Under the pieces are notes generated by a model that saw only the letters and a list, made by a program, of their open reading frames with translations, searched no databases and had not been told where the DNA came from. DNA of 64,000 bases from the NCBI GenBank assembly GCA_046350195.1, contig JAXMAW010000028.1, forward strand, positions 25,490 through 89,489, given 5' to 3'. The position numbers and the translations under genes are program-made. How positions within the stretch are numbered: position 1 is the stretch's first letter; every line of letters starts with the position of its first letter. The stretch is from Gemmataceae bacterium. GTDB taxonomy: Bacteria > Planctomycetota > Planctomycetia > Gemmatales > Gemmataceae. Below are positions 54,722 through 64,000 of this stretch, in pieces.

Positions 54722-56068
54722 GTGCTCACGGCGCGCGGCCTGACGAAGGTCTACGCCGCGGGGAAGCGCCGCGTCGAGGCGGTCGTTGACGTCAGTCTCG
54801 ACGTCGCCGCCGGCGAGTTCCTCGCGATCTGTGGACGGTCCGGATCGGGAAAGTCCACCTTGCTGGCGATGCTCGCCGGGCTGTGCCGGCCGACGGCGGG
54901 CCGCGTGTCGGCCGGCGGCGAGATCGGGATGCTGTTCCAGTTCTCCGGGCTGCTGCCGACGCTGCGCGCCATCGACAACGTCGCGCTGCCGGCCCTGCTC
55001 CGCGACGGCGACGGGCTGGAGGCCGTCTACCGCCGGGCCGCGGAGTTATTGACGCGGGTGGGGCTGGCCGACCGGGCGGAGGCGTACCCGGCCGAGCTGT
55101 CCGGCGGCGAGCAGCGGCGGGTGGCGCTGGCGCGGTCGCTGATCCACGACCCGCCGGTGCTGCTCGCCGACGAGCCGACCAGCGACCTCGACGCGGAAAC
55201 CGAGGCGGAGATCGTGCGGCTGCTGCTCGACGTGCGCGCCGCGACCGGCAAGGCGCTGGTGGTGGTGACGCACAACCCCGACATCGCCGCGCTGGCCGAT
55301 CGCATGCTCCGCCTGGACCGCGGCCGCGTCGTGTCGGAGTCGGCGCCTGAGCCGGCGGGTTTCTCCCGCCGGTCTTTCCCGGACCGGCGGGAGAAACCTG
55401 CCGGCTCGGAGACCGCTCCCGCCACAACGTCTCCTCCGCCCACGCTCCTGGGGTCGGGCGCGGGCCGGTTCGTGCTCGACTTCGCCCTCTGGGTGGGCGT
55501 CATCGCCCTGGCCGTGGCGGGGTTCAACCACGCCGCCGCCCGGTTCCAGCAGTCGCGCCTCGAAGAGCGCAAATCCGATCGCGAGCGGCTCGAGCAGGCG
55601 GCGCTGCGCCAGCTACGCGCCGACGTCGAGAACATCGCCGCCGGCCCGGACGGCTCGTTCCTGTTGACGGTCTACCTGCAAAACGTCGCCCCCGAGGAGG
55701 AGCTTTACGTCACCGCCCCGAGTCTGCGGGCGTTCGTCCAGGTCGAGCGCGACTGGGTGGAAGTCCCGCTGGAGCCGGCCGACGACCAGGCCGGCCGCGT
55801 CGTCGCGCTGACCGACCGGCGCCCCTTCCGGTTCCGCTTCACGCCCCGGCTGACCCGCTTCGAGGAACTGCTGCCGGGCTACATGCACGTGCGGCTCAGC
55901 AACACGATGCTGATCCGTCCCGGCCGTGATGCCCAGGCCGCCCCGTTCGAGCGCGTCGATGACTACTACATCTACCTCAAGCCGCACGGCGCCGACGACG
56001 CGGCGATCCTGAAGAGGCTGAAGTTCCCCGGCAAGCCGCCGCTGTGGATCCCGATGCCGCCGCATTAG
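54722..56068 (+). CDS. ABC ATPase (about 205 aa) continuing in frame into a TM + coiled-coil + beta-rich module of about 220 aa; possibly two genes
   Basis: GTG start 1 nt after the permease stop. GRSGSGKST (Walker A), [31 protein letters not shown]. After [10 protein letters not shown] comes a 59-bp palindrome, then [21 protein letters not shown] (TM) and [23 protein letters not shown]. Confidence 0.8.
   Translation: MLTARGLTKVYAAGKRRVEAVVDVSLDVAAGEFLAICGRSGSGKSTLLAMLAGLCRPTAGRVSAGGEIGMLFQFSGLLPTLRAIDNVALPALLRDGDGLEAVYRRAAELLTRVGLADRAEAYPAELSGGEQRRVALARSLIHDPPVLLADEPTSDLDAETEAEIVRLLLDVRAATGKALVVVTHNPDIAALADRMLRLDRGRVVSESAPEPAGFSRRSFPDRREKPAGSETAPATTSPPPTLLGSGAGRFVLDFALWVGVIALAVAGFNHAAARFQQSRLEERKSDRERLEQAALRQLRADVENIAAGPDGSFLLTVYLQNVAPEEELYVTAPSLRAFVQVERDWVEVPLEPADDQAGRVVALTDRRPFRFRFTPRLTRFEELLPGYMHVRLSNTMLIRPGRDAQAAPFERVDDYYIYLKPHGADDAAILKRLKFPGKPPLWIPMPPH
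55349..55407. repeat. 59-bp near-perfect palindrome inside the ABC ATPase ORF
   Basis: GAGCCGGCGGGTTTCTCCCGCCGG TCTTTCCCGGA CCGGCGGGAGAAACCTGCCGGCTC: a 24-bp stem with one mismatch. Encodes [21 protein letters not shown]. Confidence 0.9.
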
Positions 56069-56158
56069 CCGCGACTCTCCGTCTTGACATGGGTGGGCCG
56101 GTCGGGCTACTTACGACGGTTCCAGGAGCGCCATCGAACCCCAGGGACGGGGCTAGCC

Positions 56159-57556
56159 ATGATCGACCGCCGCAGCCAGCTGATGTGCCTCGGCTTCCTC
56201 CTCTCCGACCTCGCGCTGACCGCGGCGGCGTGGCTGGGGGCGTACTACCTCCGCTTCGAGACCGGCTGGCTGCCCGCCGACGCCGCCGAGGTGCCGTCGT
56301 TCTTTCTCTGCCTGCGGCAAACCCCGCTCTTGCTGCTGCTCGCCTTCCTCGCCTACCGCGTCGCCGGCCAGTACGACATCGGCCGGCTCCGCCGCTTCCG
56401 CGAGGAGACCGTCGCGGTGCTCCGCGGCACGGCGCTGTTGTCGCTGTTCATGATGGCGACCATCTTCTTCCTGCACGACCCCTACGAGTCGCGCGCCACC
56501 ATGGTCCTGTTCTGGGCGCTGACCGCCACGTCGATCGTCGTTGCCCGCCGCGTCGGCTGGGGAGTCGTCCGCACCCTCCGCAGCCACGGCTACAACCAGG
56601 CGTTCGCCCTGATCGTCGGCTCCGGCCGCGGCGCCCGCCGCCTCGCCGCCACCTTCGCCCGGGTCAACTGGCTGGGCCTGAAGAACGTCGGCTTCGTGGA
56701 CGAGCGCCCCGCGGCGCTGTCGGCCGACCTCGACGTCCTCGGCGGCTTCGCCGACCTGCCGGAGCTGATCCGCAAGTACGGCATCTCGCACGTCTTCATC
56801 GCCCTGCCGCTGGGGCGCTACGACGACGTCCGCCGGGTCTACGCCGTCCTGTCGCGCACCATGGTCGAGGTGCGGTTGGTGCCCGACCTGCCGGCCCTGG
56901 CCGGGCTGACGCTGACGACGGCCAACCTCGACGGCCAGCCGCTGATCGGCCTGCGCGAGAGCCCGCACTTCGGCCTCAACGTCGTCGTCAAGCGCGCCAT
57001 GGACGTCGTCCTGTCGGCCCTGGCGTTGCTGATCCTGTCACCGCTGCTGGCGCTGATCGCGGCACTGGTGAAGTGGTCGTCGCCGGGGCCGGTCTTCTAC
57101 AAGCAGCAGCGCTGCGGCCTGAACGGCCAGTCGTTCTGGATGCTCAAGTTCCGCAGCATGCGCGCCGACGCCGAGAAGGAGACTGGCGCGGTCTGGGCGC
57201 GGAAGAACGACGACCGCCGCACCCGGCTGGGCACGTTCCTGCGCTCGACCAGCCTGGACGAGCTGCCGCAGTTCTGGAACGTGCTGGTCGGCCAGATGAG
57301 CCTGGTCGGCCCGCGGCCGGAGCGGCCGGAGTTCATCGCCCAGTTCGAGAGGACCATCCCCAACTACATGGCCCGGCACTGCGTCAAGGCCGGCATCACC
57401 GGCTGGGCCCAGGTGCACGGCTGGCGCGGCAACACGTCGCTGCGGAAGCGGATCGAGTACGACCTGTACTACATCACCCACTGGACGCCGTGGCTGGACA
57501 TCCAGATCCTGTGGCTGACCGTCTTCCGCGGGCTGGTGAACAAGAATGCCTACTGA
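56159..57556 (+). CDS. polyprenyl-phosphate hexose-1-phosphate transferase (WbaP/WcaJ-type exopolysaccharide initiating enzyme)
   Basis: N-terminal TM helices, CoA-binding-like linker. [74 protein letters not shown]. Confidence 0.92.
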   Translation: MIDRRSQLMCLGFLLSDLALTAAAWLGAYYLRFETGWLPADAAEVPSFFLCLRQTPLLLLLAFLAYRVAGQYDIGRLRRFREETVAVLRGTALLSLFMMATIFFLHDPYESRATMVLFWALTATSIVVARRVGWGVVRTLRSHGYNQAFALIVGSGRGARRLAATFARVNWLGLKNVGFVDERPAALSADLDVLGGFADLPELIRKYGISHVFIALPLGRYDDVRRVYAVLSRTMVEVRLVPDLPALAGLTLTTANLDGQPLIGLRESPHFGLNVVVKRAMDVVLSALALLILSPLLALIAALVKWSSPGPVFYKQQRCGLNGQSFWMLKFRSMRADAEKETGAVWARKNDDRRTRLGTFLRSTSLDELPQFWNVLVGQMSLVGPRPERPEFIAQFERTIPNYMARHCVKAGITGWAQVHGWRGNTSLRKRIEYDLYYITHWTPWLDIQILWLTVFRGLVNKNAY

Positions 57557-57561
57557 ATCCG

Positions 57562-57640
57562 GGCGATTCCCCACGGATCTGTCTGACCCGTCTTCATCCG
57601 TGTCCGAAGGCCGTGTGCCGTAGGCCCGTGGGGAATCGCC
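57562..57640 (+). terminator. 15-bp perfect inverted repeat with a 49-nt loop after the sugar transferase gene
   Basis: GGCGATTCCCCACGG (57562-76) pairs with CCGTGGGGAATCGCC (57626-40). Confidence 0.55.
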
Positions 57641-57740
57641 TTATTCTCCGCCGCCGCGACCGCCGGGTGGGGTCCCTATCGGATCGCCGCCGGTCCTGCT
57701 ACAGTGTATGCACCACATAGAAGACGAGGGGGCAGCGGCG

Positions 57741-58799
57741 ATGGCGTTCGTGGACCGGGTGGAGATTTTCGTCAAAGGCGGCGACGGCGGCTCCGGCTGC
57801 GTCAGCTTCCGCCGGGAGAAGTACGTCCCGAAAGGCGGCCCCGACGGCGGCGACGGCGGCGACGGCGGCGACGTCATCGTCCGCGCCGTGGCGGGTTGCG
57901 ACAGCCTCGCCGACCTGGTCAACCGCAAGTTCTGGAAGGCCGACCACGGCGGCCGCGGCGGGACGGCCAACTGCCACGGTCGCAAGGCCGAAGACCTGGT
58001 CATCACCGTGCCGCCCGGCACCGTCGTCTACGACCGCGAGCGCGGCCACATCCTCCGCGACCTGAAGCAGCCCGGCGAGCAGTTCGTCGTCGCCGTCGGC
58101 GGCCGTGGCGGCCGCGGCAACAAGTCGTTCGCCTCGGCGACCAACCGCGCCCCGCGCCAGTTCCAGAAGGGCACGCCCGGCGAGGAGCGCTGGGTGCGGC
58201 TGGAGCTGAAGGTGATCGCCGACGTCGGGCTGGTCGGCCTGCCCAACGCCGGCAAGTCCACGCTGCTGTCCCGGCTGTCGCGGGCCACGCCGGAGATCGC
58301 CGACTACCCGTTCACGACCAAGTACCCCAACCTCGGCATCGTCCACGTCGGCGGCGAAAGGGCGTTCGTCCTGGCCGACCTGCCGGGGCTGATCGAGGGC
58401 GCCAGCCAGGGCGTCGGCCTGGGCCACGAGTTCCTCCGCCACGTCGAGCGGACGCGCGTGCTGGTCCACCTGGTCGAGCCGCTCCCCGCCGACGGCAGCG
58501 ACCCGGTGGCGAACTACCGCGCCATCCGCCGCGAGCTGGAGCTGTACCGCCCCGAGCTGGCGGAGAAGCCGGAGGTCGTCGCCGTCAGCAAGTCGGAGCT
58601 GACCGGCGCCGGCGAGGTGCGCGAGCGGCTGGAGAAGGAACTGGGCCGGGAGGTGCTCGGCCTCTCCGCCGTGACCGGCGCCGGCCTGGCCGACCTGGTG
58701 CGCCGGGTCGTGACCACCCTGGGCGTGGTCATGCAGGCGGAGTCTCCGCCGCCGGAGCGGGTCGTCCCGCCGCACCAGCGCGACGAGATCCTTTTATGA
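57741..58799 (+). CDS. obg: GTPase Obg/CgtA
   Basis: MAFVDRVEIFVKGGDGGSGCVSFRREKYVPKGGPDGGDGG. GLVGLPNAGKST. DLPGLIEGA. SKSEL. Confidence 0.93.
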   Translation: MAFVDRVEIFVKGGDGGSGCVSFRREKYVPKGGPDGGDGGDGGDVIVRAVAGCDSLADLVNRKFWKADHGGRGGTANCHGRKAEDLVITVPPGTVVYDRERGHILRDLKQPGEQFVVAVGGRGGRGNKSFASATNRAPRQFQKGTPGEERWVRLELKVIADVGLVGLPNAGKSTLLSRLSRATPEIADYPFTTKYPNLGIVHVGGERAFVLADLPGLIEGASQGVGLGHEFLRHVERTRVLVHLVEPLPADGSDPVANYRAIRRELELYRPELAEKPEVVAVSKSELTGAGEVRERLEKELGREVLGLSAVTGAGLADLVRRVVTTLGVVMQAESPPPERVVPPHQRDEILL

Positions 58800-59600
58800 C
58801 GCCGCACGTCGTCGCCGATGTCGGCAACACGCGCATCAAGTGGGGGCAGGTGGCCCGCGACGGCCGCTCGCTGTCGTCGATGGCCTCGCTGCCCGAGGAC
58901 GAGGCCACCTGGGACGCCGAGGGCTGCGTCGTGGGGGTTGCCGCGCCCCGCGACGTGGGTGATGGCGAGCGTGCGGCCGGCCCGGTCGGAGAGGCCTGCC
59001 GCCTGGCTGGCGGCCTGGGGCGACCGCGTGGCGCGGCTGGAGAGGGCGGCCCAGCTGCCGCTCCGCGTCGAGCTGGAACGCCCCGACCACGCGGGCATCG
59101 ACCGCCTGCTCAACGGCGTCGCGGCGAGCGCCACCTGGAGCTCAGCGCGGGGCGCCGTCCTCATCGGCGCCGGCTCGGCGGTCACCCTGGACTGGCTCGA
59201 CGAGGGCCACGCTCCGCGGCGGGGCGATCTACCCCGGCTCCCTGACCTGATGGGCGCAGCGCTCCACCAGTACACGGCGCTGCTGCCGCTGGTCCAGGTC
59301 ACCCACCCGGCCCCGCCCTGCCCGGCGGCGACACGATCGCGGCGATGAAGGCGGGGGATCTTCCTCGCCGTCTCCGGCGGCATCCGCGAGGCGGTGCGGG
59401 TCTACGCCGAGAAGGCCGCCCACCTGCCGCGTCTTTTCATCGCGGCCAGGCCCCGCTCCTGGCCTCGGCGCTATGGGGCTGCTCAGCGGGCCGCGGCCGG
59501 CGCCCTGGAAGACTTCTTGCTCTGGCCAGAGCAGACGCTGATCGGCATCCTCGACAGCGTGGAGCCGCCTGCCGTGACCGACACCTCGCCGCGCTGCTGA
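58796..59600 (+). pseudogene. coaX: type III pantothenate kinase, frame broken about 4 times
   Basis: The ATG overlaps the obg stop (ATGA). VVADVGNTRIKWG. LPLRVELERPDHAGIDRLLNGVAA and GAGSAVTLDWLDE (58818..59348 frame). [19 protein letters not shown] (59394..59600). Confidence 0.75.
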
Positions 59601-60635
59601 CGCCCCCGGCAAGAGCCGCCTCGCGGTGGTCGGCCTGCGCGGCCCACGGGCGTGGGAGATCGCCCAGGGGTTGTTCACGCCGCGGTCGGGCAGTTGGCCG
59701 TCGAGACCGGCCGGTGGTGGCCTTGCCGAGTCGGCGACCAGGTGGCCGACGAGGGCATCCTTGGCGGTGCGGCGGGCCGGGCCGACCCCGCTGGTCGAGC
59801 TGCACGTCCACGGCGGTCGGGAGGTCGCGCGCTTCCTGCTGGACCTGCTGGAAGCGCGGGGCCGCCGCCGTCGGCTGGGAGGAGTTCGTCCGGCTGGAGG
59901 AAGACGACCACGCCGACGCCGCCCTGCCCCGCGCGGGCGATGACCACGCGCACGGCCGGCATCCTGCTCGACCAGTACCGCGTCGCCTTCCGCCGGGAGG
60001 TGAAACAGGGGCGGGCGGGGGACCGGGACGCCCTCCTGTCGCTGGAGCGGCGAATCAGCTGCACCTGACGACCCTGTTTCGAGTCGTCGTCGCCGCGCAC
60101 CTGGAACGTGGGCAAGTGAGCAGCCTGGTCAACGCGCTGGCGGGCTACCAGCGGGCGGTCGTCGCGCCGACGCCCGGCACGACGCGCGACGTCGTTTCGA
60201 CCACGCCGGCGATCGACGGCTGGCCGGTGGAGCTGCTCGACACCGCCGGGCTGCGCGAGGGCGGCGAGAGCGCTGAGTGAGGCTGGCATCGGGCTGGCCC
60301 GGCGGGCGATGGCCGAGGCGGACCTGGTGCTGGTGGTCGAGGCGTCGGGTGAGCCGGGGCGTCAGCGACCGGAGTCCGACTCCCCTCCGGGTCGCTGACG
60401 CCCCCGGCTCAAGCCACTGGTTCGCCTGGTCGTCAACAAGACCGACCGGCCTCGCCCGGGACCTCTCCTCGCCGGGAACGCCCCGCACGTCTCGGCGGCG
60501 ACCGGCGACGGGCTGCTGCCGCGCTCCGCCCCGCCGCCTGGCTCGTCCCCGACCCGCCCCCGCCCGGCGCCGGGGTGCCGTTCACCGCGCGCCAGGCCGA
60601 GGAGGTCTGGCCTTGCCATGCCCGGCGGCGGGTGA
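59574..60635 (+). pseudogene. mnmE: MnmE/TrmE-like tRNA-modification GTPase, frame broken; no C-terminal CIGK motif seen; both ends uncertain
   Basis: [43 protein letters not shown]-domain [67 protein letters not shown]. Confidence 0.6.
60356..60404. repeat. 15-bp perfect palindrome with nested hairpin inside the mnmE G-domain
   Basis: GGGGCGTCAGCGACC (60356-70) pairs with GGTCGCTGACGCCCC (60390-404). The loop contains GGAGT CCG ACTCC. Confidence 0.85.
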
Positions 60636-60657
60636 CCTCATTGTCTGACCTCGGAGG

Positions 60658-61502
60658 ATGTCCCCCATGCAGCCATGTAAGTTCCGACCCAGCGGCGGCA
60701 CCCACGCCGGCCTCCTCGACCGCGACCGTCCGCCCGCTGTCCCCGCCGCACTCCCCAGCGACGTGCTTCACGCCGCCGACCCGGCCAGCCTGCTGCGGTC
60801 GATCCCGACGCTCGACTCGCTGGCGCCGTCGGCGGTGACGCTGCTGCCGCCGATCGACCACCAGGAGGTGTGGGCCGCCGGCGTGACCTACAAGCGCAGC
60901 AAGGTGGCCCGCGAGGAGGAGTCGGCCGGCAGCGGCGCGTCGCGGTTCTACGACCTCGTCTACACCGCGCCGCGGCCGGAGCTGTTCTTCAAGGCGTCCG
61001 CGAGGCGCGTCGTCGGCCCCGGCGACCCGGTCCGCATCCGCCGCGACGCCCGCTGGAGCGTGCCGGAGCCGGAGCTGGCCCTGGTGATCTCCCCCTCGCT
61101 GAAGGTCGTCGGCTACAACGCATCGGCAACGACATGAGTTCCCGCGACATCGAGGGCGAGAACCCGCTGTACCTGCCCCAGGCGAAGGTCTACGACGGCT
61201 CGTGCGCCCTGGGGCCGGCCATCACCCTCGCCGGCCACCTGCCGCCGCTGGCGGAGACGACGATCCGCCTGAGCATCACCCGCGACGGCCGCACCGCCTT
61301 CGAGGGGAAGACCGACCTGGGGGCATTGGCTGCCTTGTTCGAGGAGCTGGTCGGCTGGCTCGGCAAGGAGACGAGCCTCTGACGGCGCCGTGCTGCTGAC
61401 CGGCACCGGCGCCGCCTGGCGACGACTTCACCCTGGCCGTCGGCGACGAGGCCGACGAGGTGGCCGGCGTCGGGACGCTGGGTCAACCGCGTGGCGGGTT
61501 AA
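60658..61502 (+). pseudogene. fumarylacetoacetate-hydrolase-family protein (KdaD-like), 2-3 frame changes
   Basis: [62 protein letters not shown], then in another frame [34 protein letters not shown], and the tail LLTGTG..DDFTLAVGDE. Start at 60658 or 60667. Confidence 0.7.
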
Positions 61503-61826
61503 GGAGAGTACGGATGCAAATCTGGCGATCGGGCCCGCCTTTCGCTGGTGGCGTGGCGGCTGCTGGGCGGCGCTGGAGCCAGCGCTGCTGAGCCCGCAGC
61601 CGCTGCTCGTGGCGGAGGTCCCGCTGCCCGAGGGCCTCGACGTTCACCGCCAGCAGCGCGCTGCCCCACGCTGCTGCCTACGCCTTCCTGACGTTCCCGG
61701 GGCGCGGTGGCTGCCCGCCACCCGCAAGGCGCCTCGCCCTCTGGGCCTCCTGGCCCTGCATCGCGCGCTGACCGAGGTCGGCCAGACGTTCGTGCCGCCG
61801 CTACGGCTGCGTCGCCGACGTCTTCA

Positions 61827-62987
61827 TCAACCTGTTATCCCTTGGCCTGGTCCTGGTGTGGTGGCGGTCGCGGTCACGGGCGCTGGCCCCGAGGCGTCGT
61901 GACCGCGGATGGTCGCGCCTCGGGACCGCGCCCACAGGATCAGCCACATCGCCACGCCGCCGACGATCAGGGCCAGGCTGCCGTAGCTCTCCAGGCCCTC
62001 CGGCCGCGGGTCGTCCCGAGGATCTCGTTGAGGGACCGGTGGATCCCGTAGACGGCCATCAGCACCGCGAACACCCGCCCCATGGCCAGGCGGAACGGGT
62101 AGTACGCCAGCAGCACGAGCATTAGTAAGCGCCATGCTGACCGGCCTCGTAGAGCTGCGTCGGGTACAGGCCGACCGTGCGCGGGGAGATCGTGATCGCC
62201 TCCGGCTCCTTGCCGCCCTCGGGGAGGAACTCCACCGTCAGCTGGGACTGGCCGCGCGGCCAGCTGGCCAGGCCGCCGAGGTGGAGGCTCAGGTCGCCGC
62301 GCGACTTCACCTCCTGGCCGTTGAGGCCGACGATGACCGCCCCCGGCCTTAGCCCGGCCTCGTAGGCGGGCGAGCTGGGATCGACCGCGCCGACGCGCGC
62401 CTCGCGGCCGGGGCCGTCGGCGAGGGTGAACCCGGCGGCGGTCTGCGCCCCGGACTCGACGAGCACCTCGCGGCACGGGGCCGACAGCGGGAAGTGGGCC
62501 GCCATCACCACCGGGCACTCGGCGCAGGCCACCTGGCCGTAGCAGCAGCCGTTGAGCAGGCAGCCCAGCGGCCCAGCCGATGCCCAGCGCGATCGACGGG
62601 GCGATGGCGTCGAGGAACGGCAGCGTCTTCAGGCCGCGGCGGCGGTAGACCAGCGCCCAGGCGGCGAAGTACGCCACCGCCCCGCCGATCAGCGACCCGT
62701 ACAGGACGATGCCGCCCTCCCAGATGCGGACCAGCTTCCAGGGCCACTCGGCCAGGGGGGCGCGGGGGTTCTCGTTGAGCAGGTAGGTGATGCGGGCCCC
62801 GAGCAGCCCGCCGAGGAACAGCCAGACGGCGATGTCCTGGATGAGGTCGCGGGAGATCCCCTCGCGCTCGGCCCGGCGGCCGGCCAGCCAGGTGCAGGCG
62901 ATGAAGGCCAGGAACAGCATCATCCCGAAGCCGTAGACCGGGATGCCTTGCTGGCCGACTCGGGACGCGAAACAGTACCTGCCACAT
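61827..62987 (-). pseudogene. lgt: prolipoprotein diacylglyceryl transferase with a PDZ-like insertion, at least 4 frame changes
   Basis: MWQVLFRVPSR.. then GIPVYGFGMMLFLAF, LGARITYLL, IWEGGIVLYGSLIGG, PLGCLLNGCCYGQ (62122..62532 frame), PDZ-like VGAVDPSSPAYEAGLRPGAVIVGLNGQEV, PTQLYE, LLAYYPFRLAMGRVFAVLMAVYGIHRSLNEI. Confidence 0.75.
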
Positions 62988-63148
62988 AGGTCGCCCTCAA
63001 CCACAGGCGCGGCGTGCGGTTTGGTATACCGCCGGCCGCCGCGGCTGTCGAGACGAGCGACCCGGGCGGGTGCCCCGCGGCGGGCAATGGTAGAGGGGGC
63101 CGGCCGCCACGCCCTTGGCCCGGCGACACCGAGGAAGGAGCGGGACGC

Positions 63149-64000
63149 TTGGACGACGTTCTGGGTCACGCTACTCCTCTTTTCCTCACCTACCTCGGCC
63201 TCGCCGTCGGCAAGGTCCCCCGCCTCCGCGTGGACCGCGCCGGCATCGCCCTGGTCGGCGCCACCGCCCTGCTCGTCGCCGGCGCGGTCCCCTTCGACGA
63301 GGCGGTCAGCGCCCGCTGCGTCAACTACGAGGCCCTCGCCCTGCTGTTCGGCATGATGGTCGTCGTCGCCGTGCTGCGCTGTCGGGCTTCTTCGCCCGGC
63401 TGACGTCGCGGGGCCTGACCCGCGTCCGCTCCCCGTGGGCGCCGCTGGGGCCAACGATCGGGCTGTCAGGCGTCCTGTCGGCCTTCCTGGTCAACGACAT
63501 CGTCTGCCTCGCCCTGACGCCGCTTCTGCTCGGCGTCACCCGCCGGCTCCGCTACGACCCGGTGCCGCACCTGATCGGCCTGGCCACGGCGGCGAACATC
63601 GGCTCGGCCGGCGCCATCACCGGCAACCCGCAGAACATGATCATCGGCATCCAGTCGCGGATCTCCTACCTCCGCTTCTCGGCGAAACTCTTCCCCGTCG
63701 CCCTGCTCGGCCTGGCCGTCGCCTTCCTTCTCCTGTCCTGGCTGTACCGCCGCCTCGCCGCCCCCGCCGCCGCGCCGGCCGAGCACGTCGTCCCCGCGCC
63801 GCCGCCGCGGGCCCACCGGCCCGCGCCGCAAGGCCGTCCTGGTCGCCCTGGTCACCGTGGCGCTGTTCTTCGCCCTGCCCAGCCGGCACCTCGCCCTGAT
63901 CGCGCTGTCGGCTGCCAGCGTGCTGCTGCTGGGCCGCGTCAACCCCGGAAGATCACCGCCAGATCGACTGGACGCTTCTGGCGCTGTTCGCCGGGCTGTT
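63149..64000 (+). pseudogene. ArsB/NhaD-superfamily (YbiR-like) anion permease, 5' part; frame broken; runs off the window
   Basis: AGGAG lies 8 nt before TTG 63149. PLFLTYLGLAVGKVPRLRVDRAGIALVGA, YEALALLFGMMVVVAVL, SAFLVNDIVCLALTPLLL, LATAANIGSAGAITGNPQNMIIG. These sit in two or three frames. Confidence 0.65.

Noticed and set aside
61514-61902. A strong AAGGAG plus ATG (61514) after the FAH gene, followed by a long ORF in a neighbouring frame (61390..61902).
   Set aside because: The ATG frame closes after 25 codons. The neighbouring frame gives no recognisable protein and needs at least two or three frame changes. There is probably a real small gene here, but I cannot reconstruct it.
58796-62987. 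Reading coaX, mnmE, lgt and the FAH gene as true pseudogenes (genome decay).
   Set aside because: These are near-universal housekeeping genes. Their motifs are perfectly preserved apart from the frame breaks. A comparable break elsewhere in the window maps to a homopolymer run. Sequencing error is more parsimonious.

Overview
A 64-kb chromosomal segment, very G+C-rich (about 70% by eye). Gene content looks like Planctomycetota (Gemmatales/Isosphaerales-like): two DUF1501 genes, a DUF1549/DUF1553 gene, BlaI plus a BlaR1(M56)-WD40 sensor, Ser/Thr kinases, a MoxR / DUF58 / transglutaminase set, a 2.8k-aa PATR/BNR surface protein, and three proteins sharing an N-terminal LxLExLExR motif. I support about 45 protein genes, one degenerate ISKra4-like IS, one hicBA cassette, and a set of long perfect hairpins and palindromes. 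I found no rRNA, tRNA or CRISPR array. All functional calls come from motifs read by eye in the six-frame track and the DNA; no database search was possible. Main technical caveat: three blocks (about 1-12.7 kb, 21.6-25.3 kb, 58.8-64 kb) are full of frame changes, including in housekeeping genes, while 12.9-21.6 kb and 25.5-58.8 kb read cleanly. At least one break sits in a homopolymer, so I treat most of these 'pseudogenes' as probable assembly indels. Most interesting candidates: (1) a Tat-exported, His-pair-rich beta-propeller (NosZ/thiocyanate-dehydrogenase-like) with its own thioredoxin-fold protein and a MacB/FtsX-type ABC module (51.3-56.1 kb); (2) the giant surface-protein gene, whose conserved N-terminal motif lies upstream of any usable start codon and overlaps the tail of a rhodanese ORF; (3) two hexamer-periodic intercistronic hairpins that share a skeleton but differ by compensatory dinucleotide swaps; (4) a gene made of three exact 645-nt tandem units next to a low-GC islet encoding a Tyr/Ala-rich secreted protein; (5) a hicBA cassette read in frame with the 3' end of a membrane spermidine-synthase-like gene.
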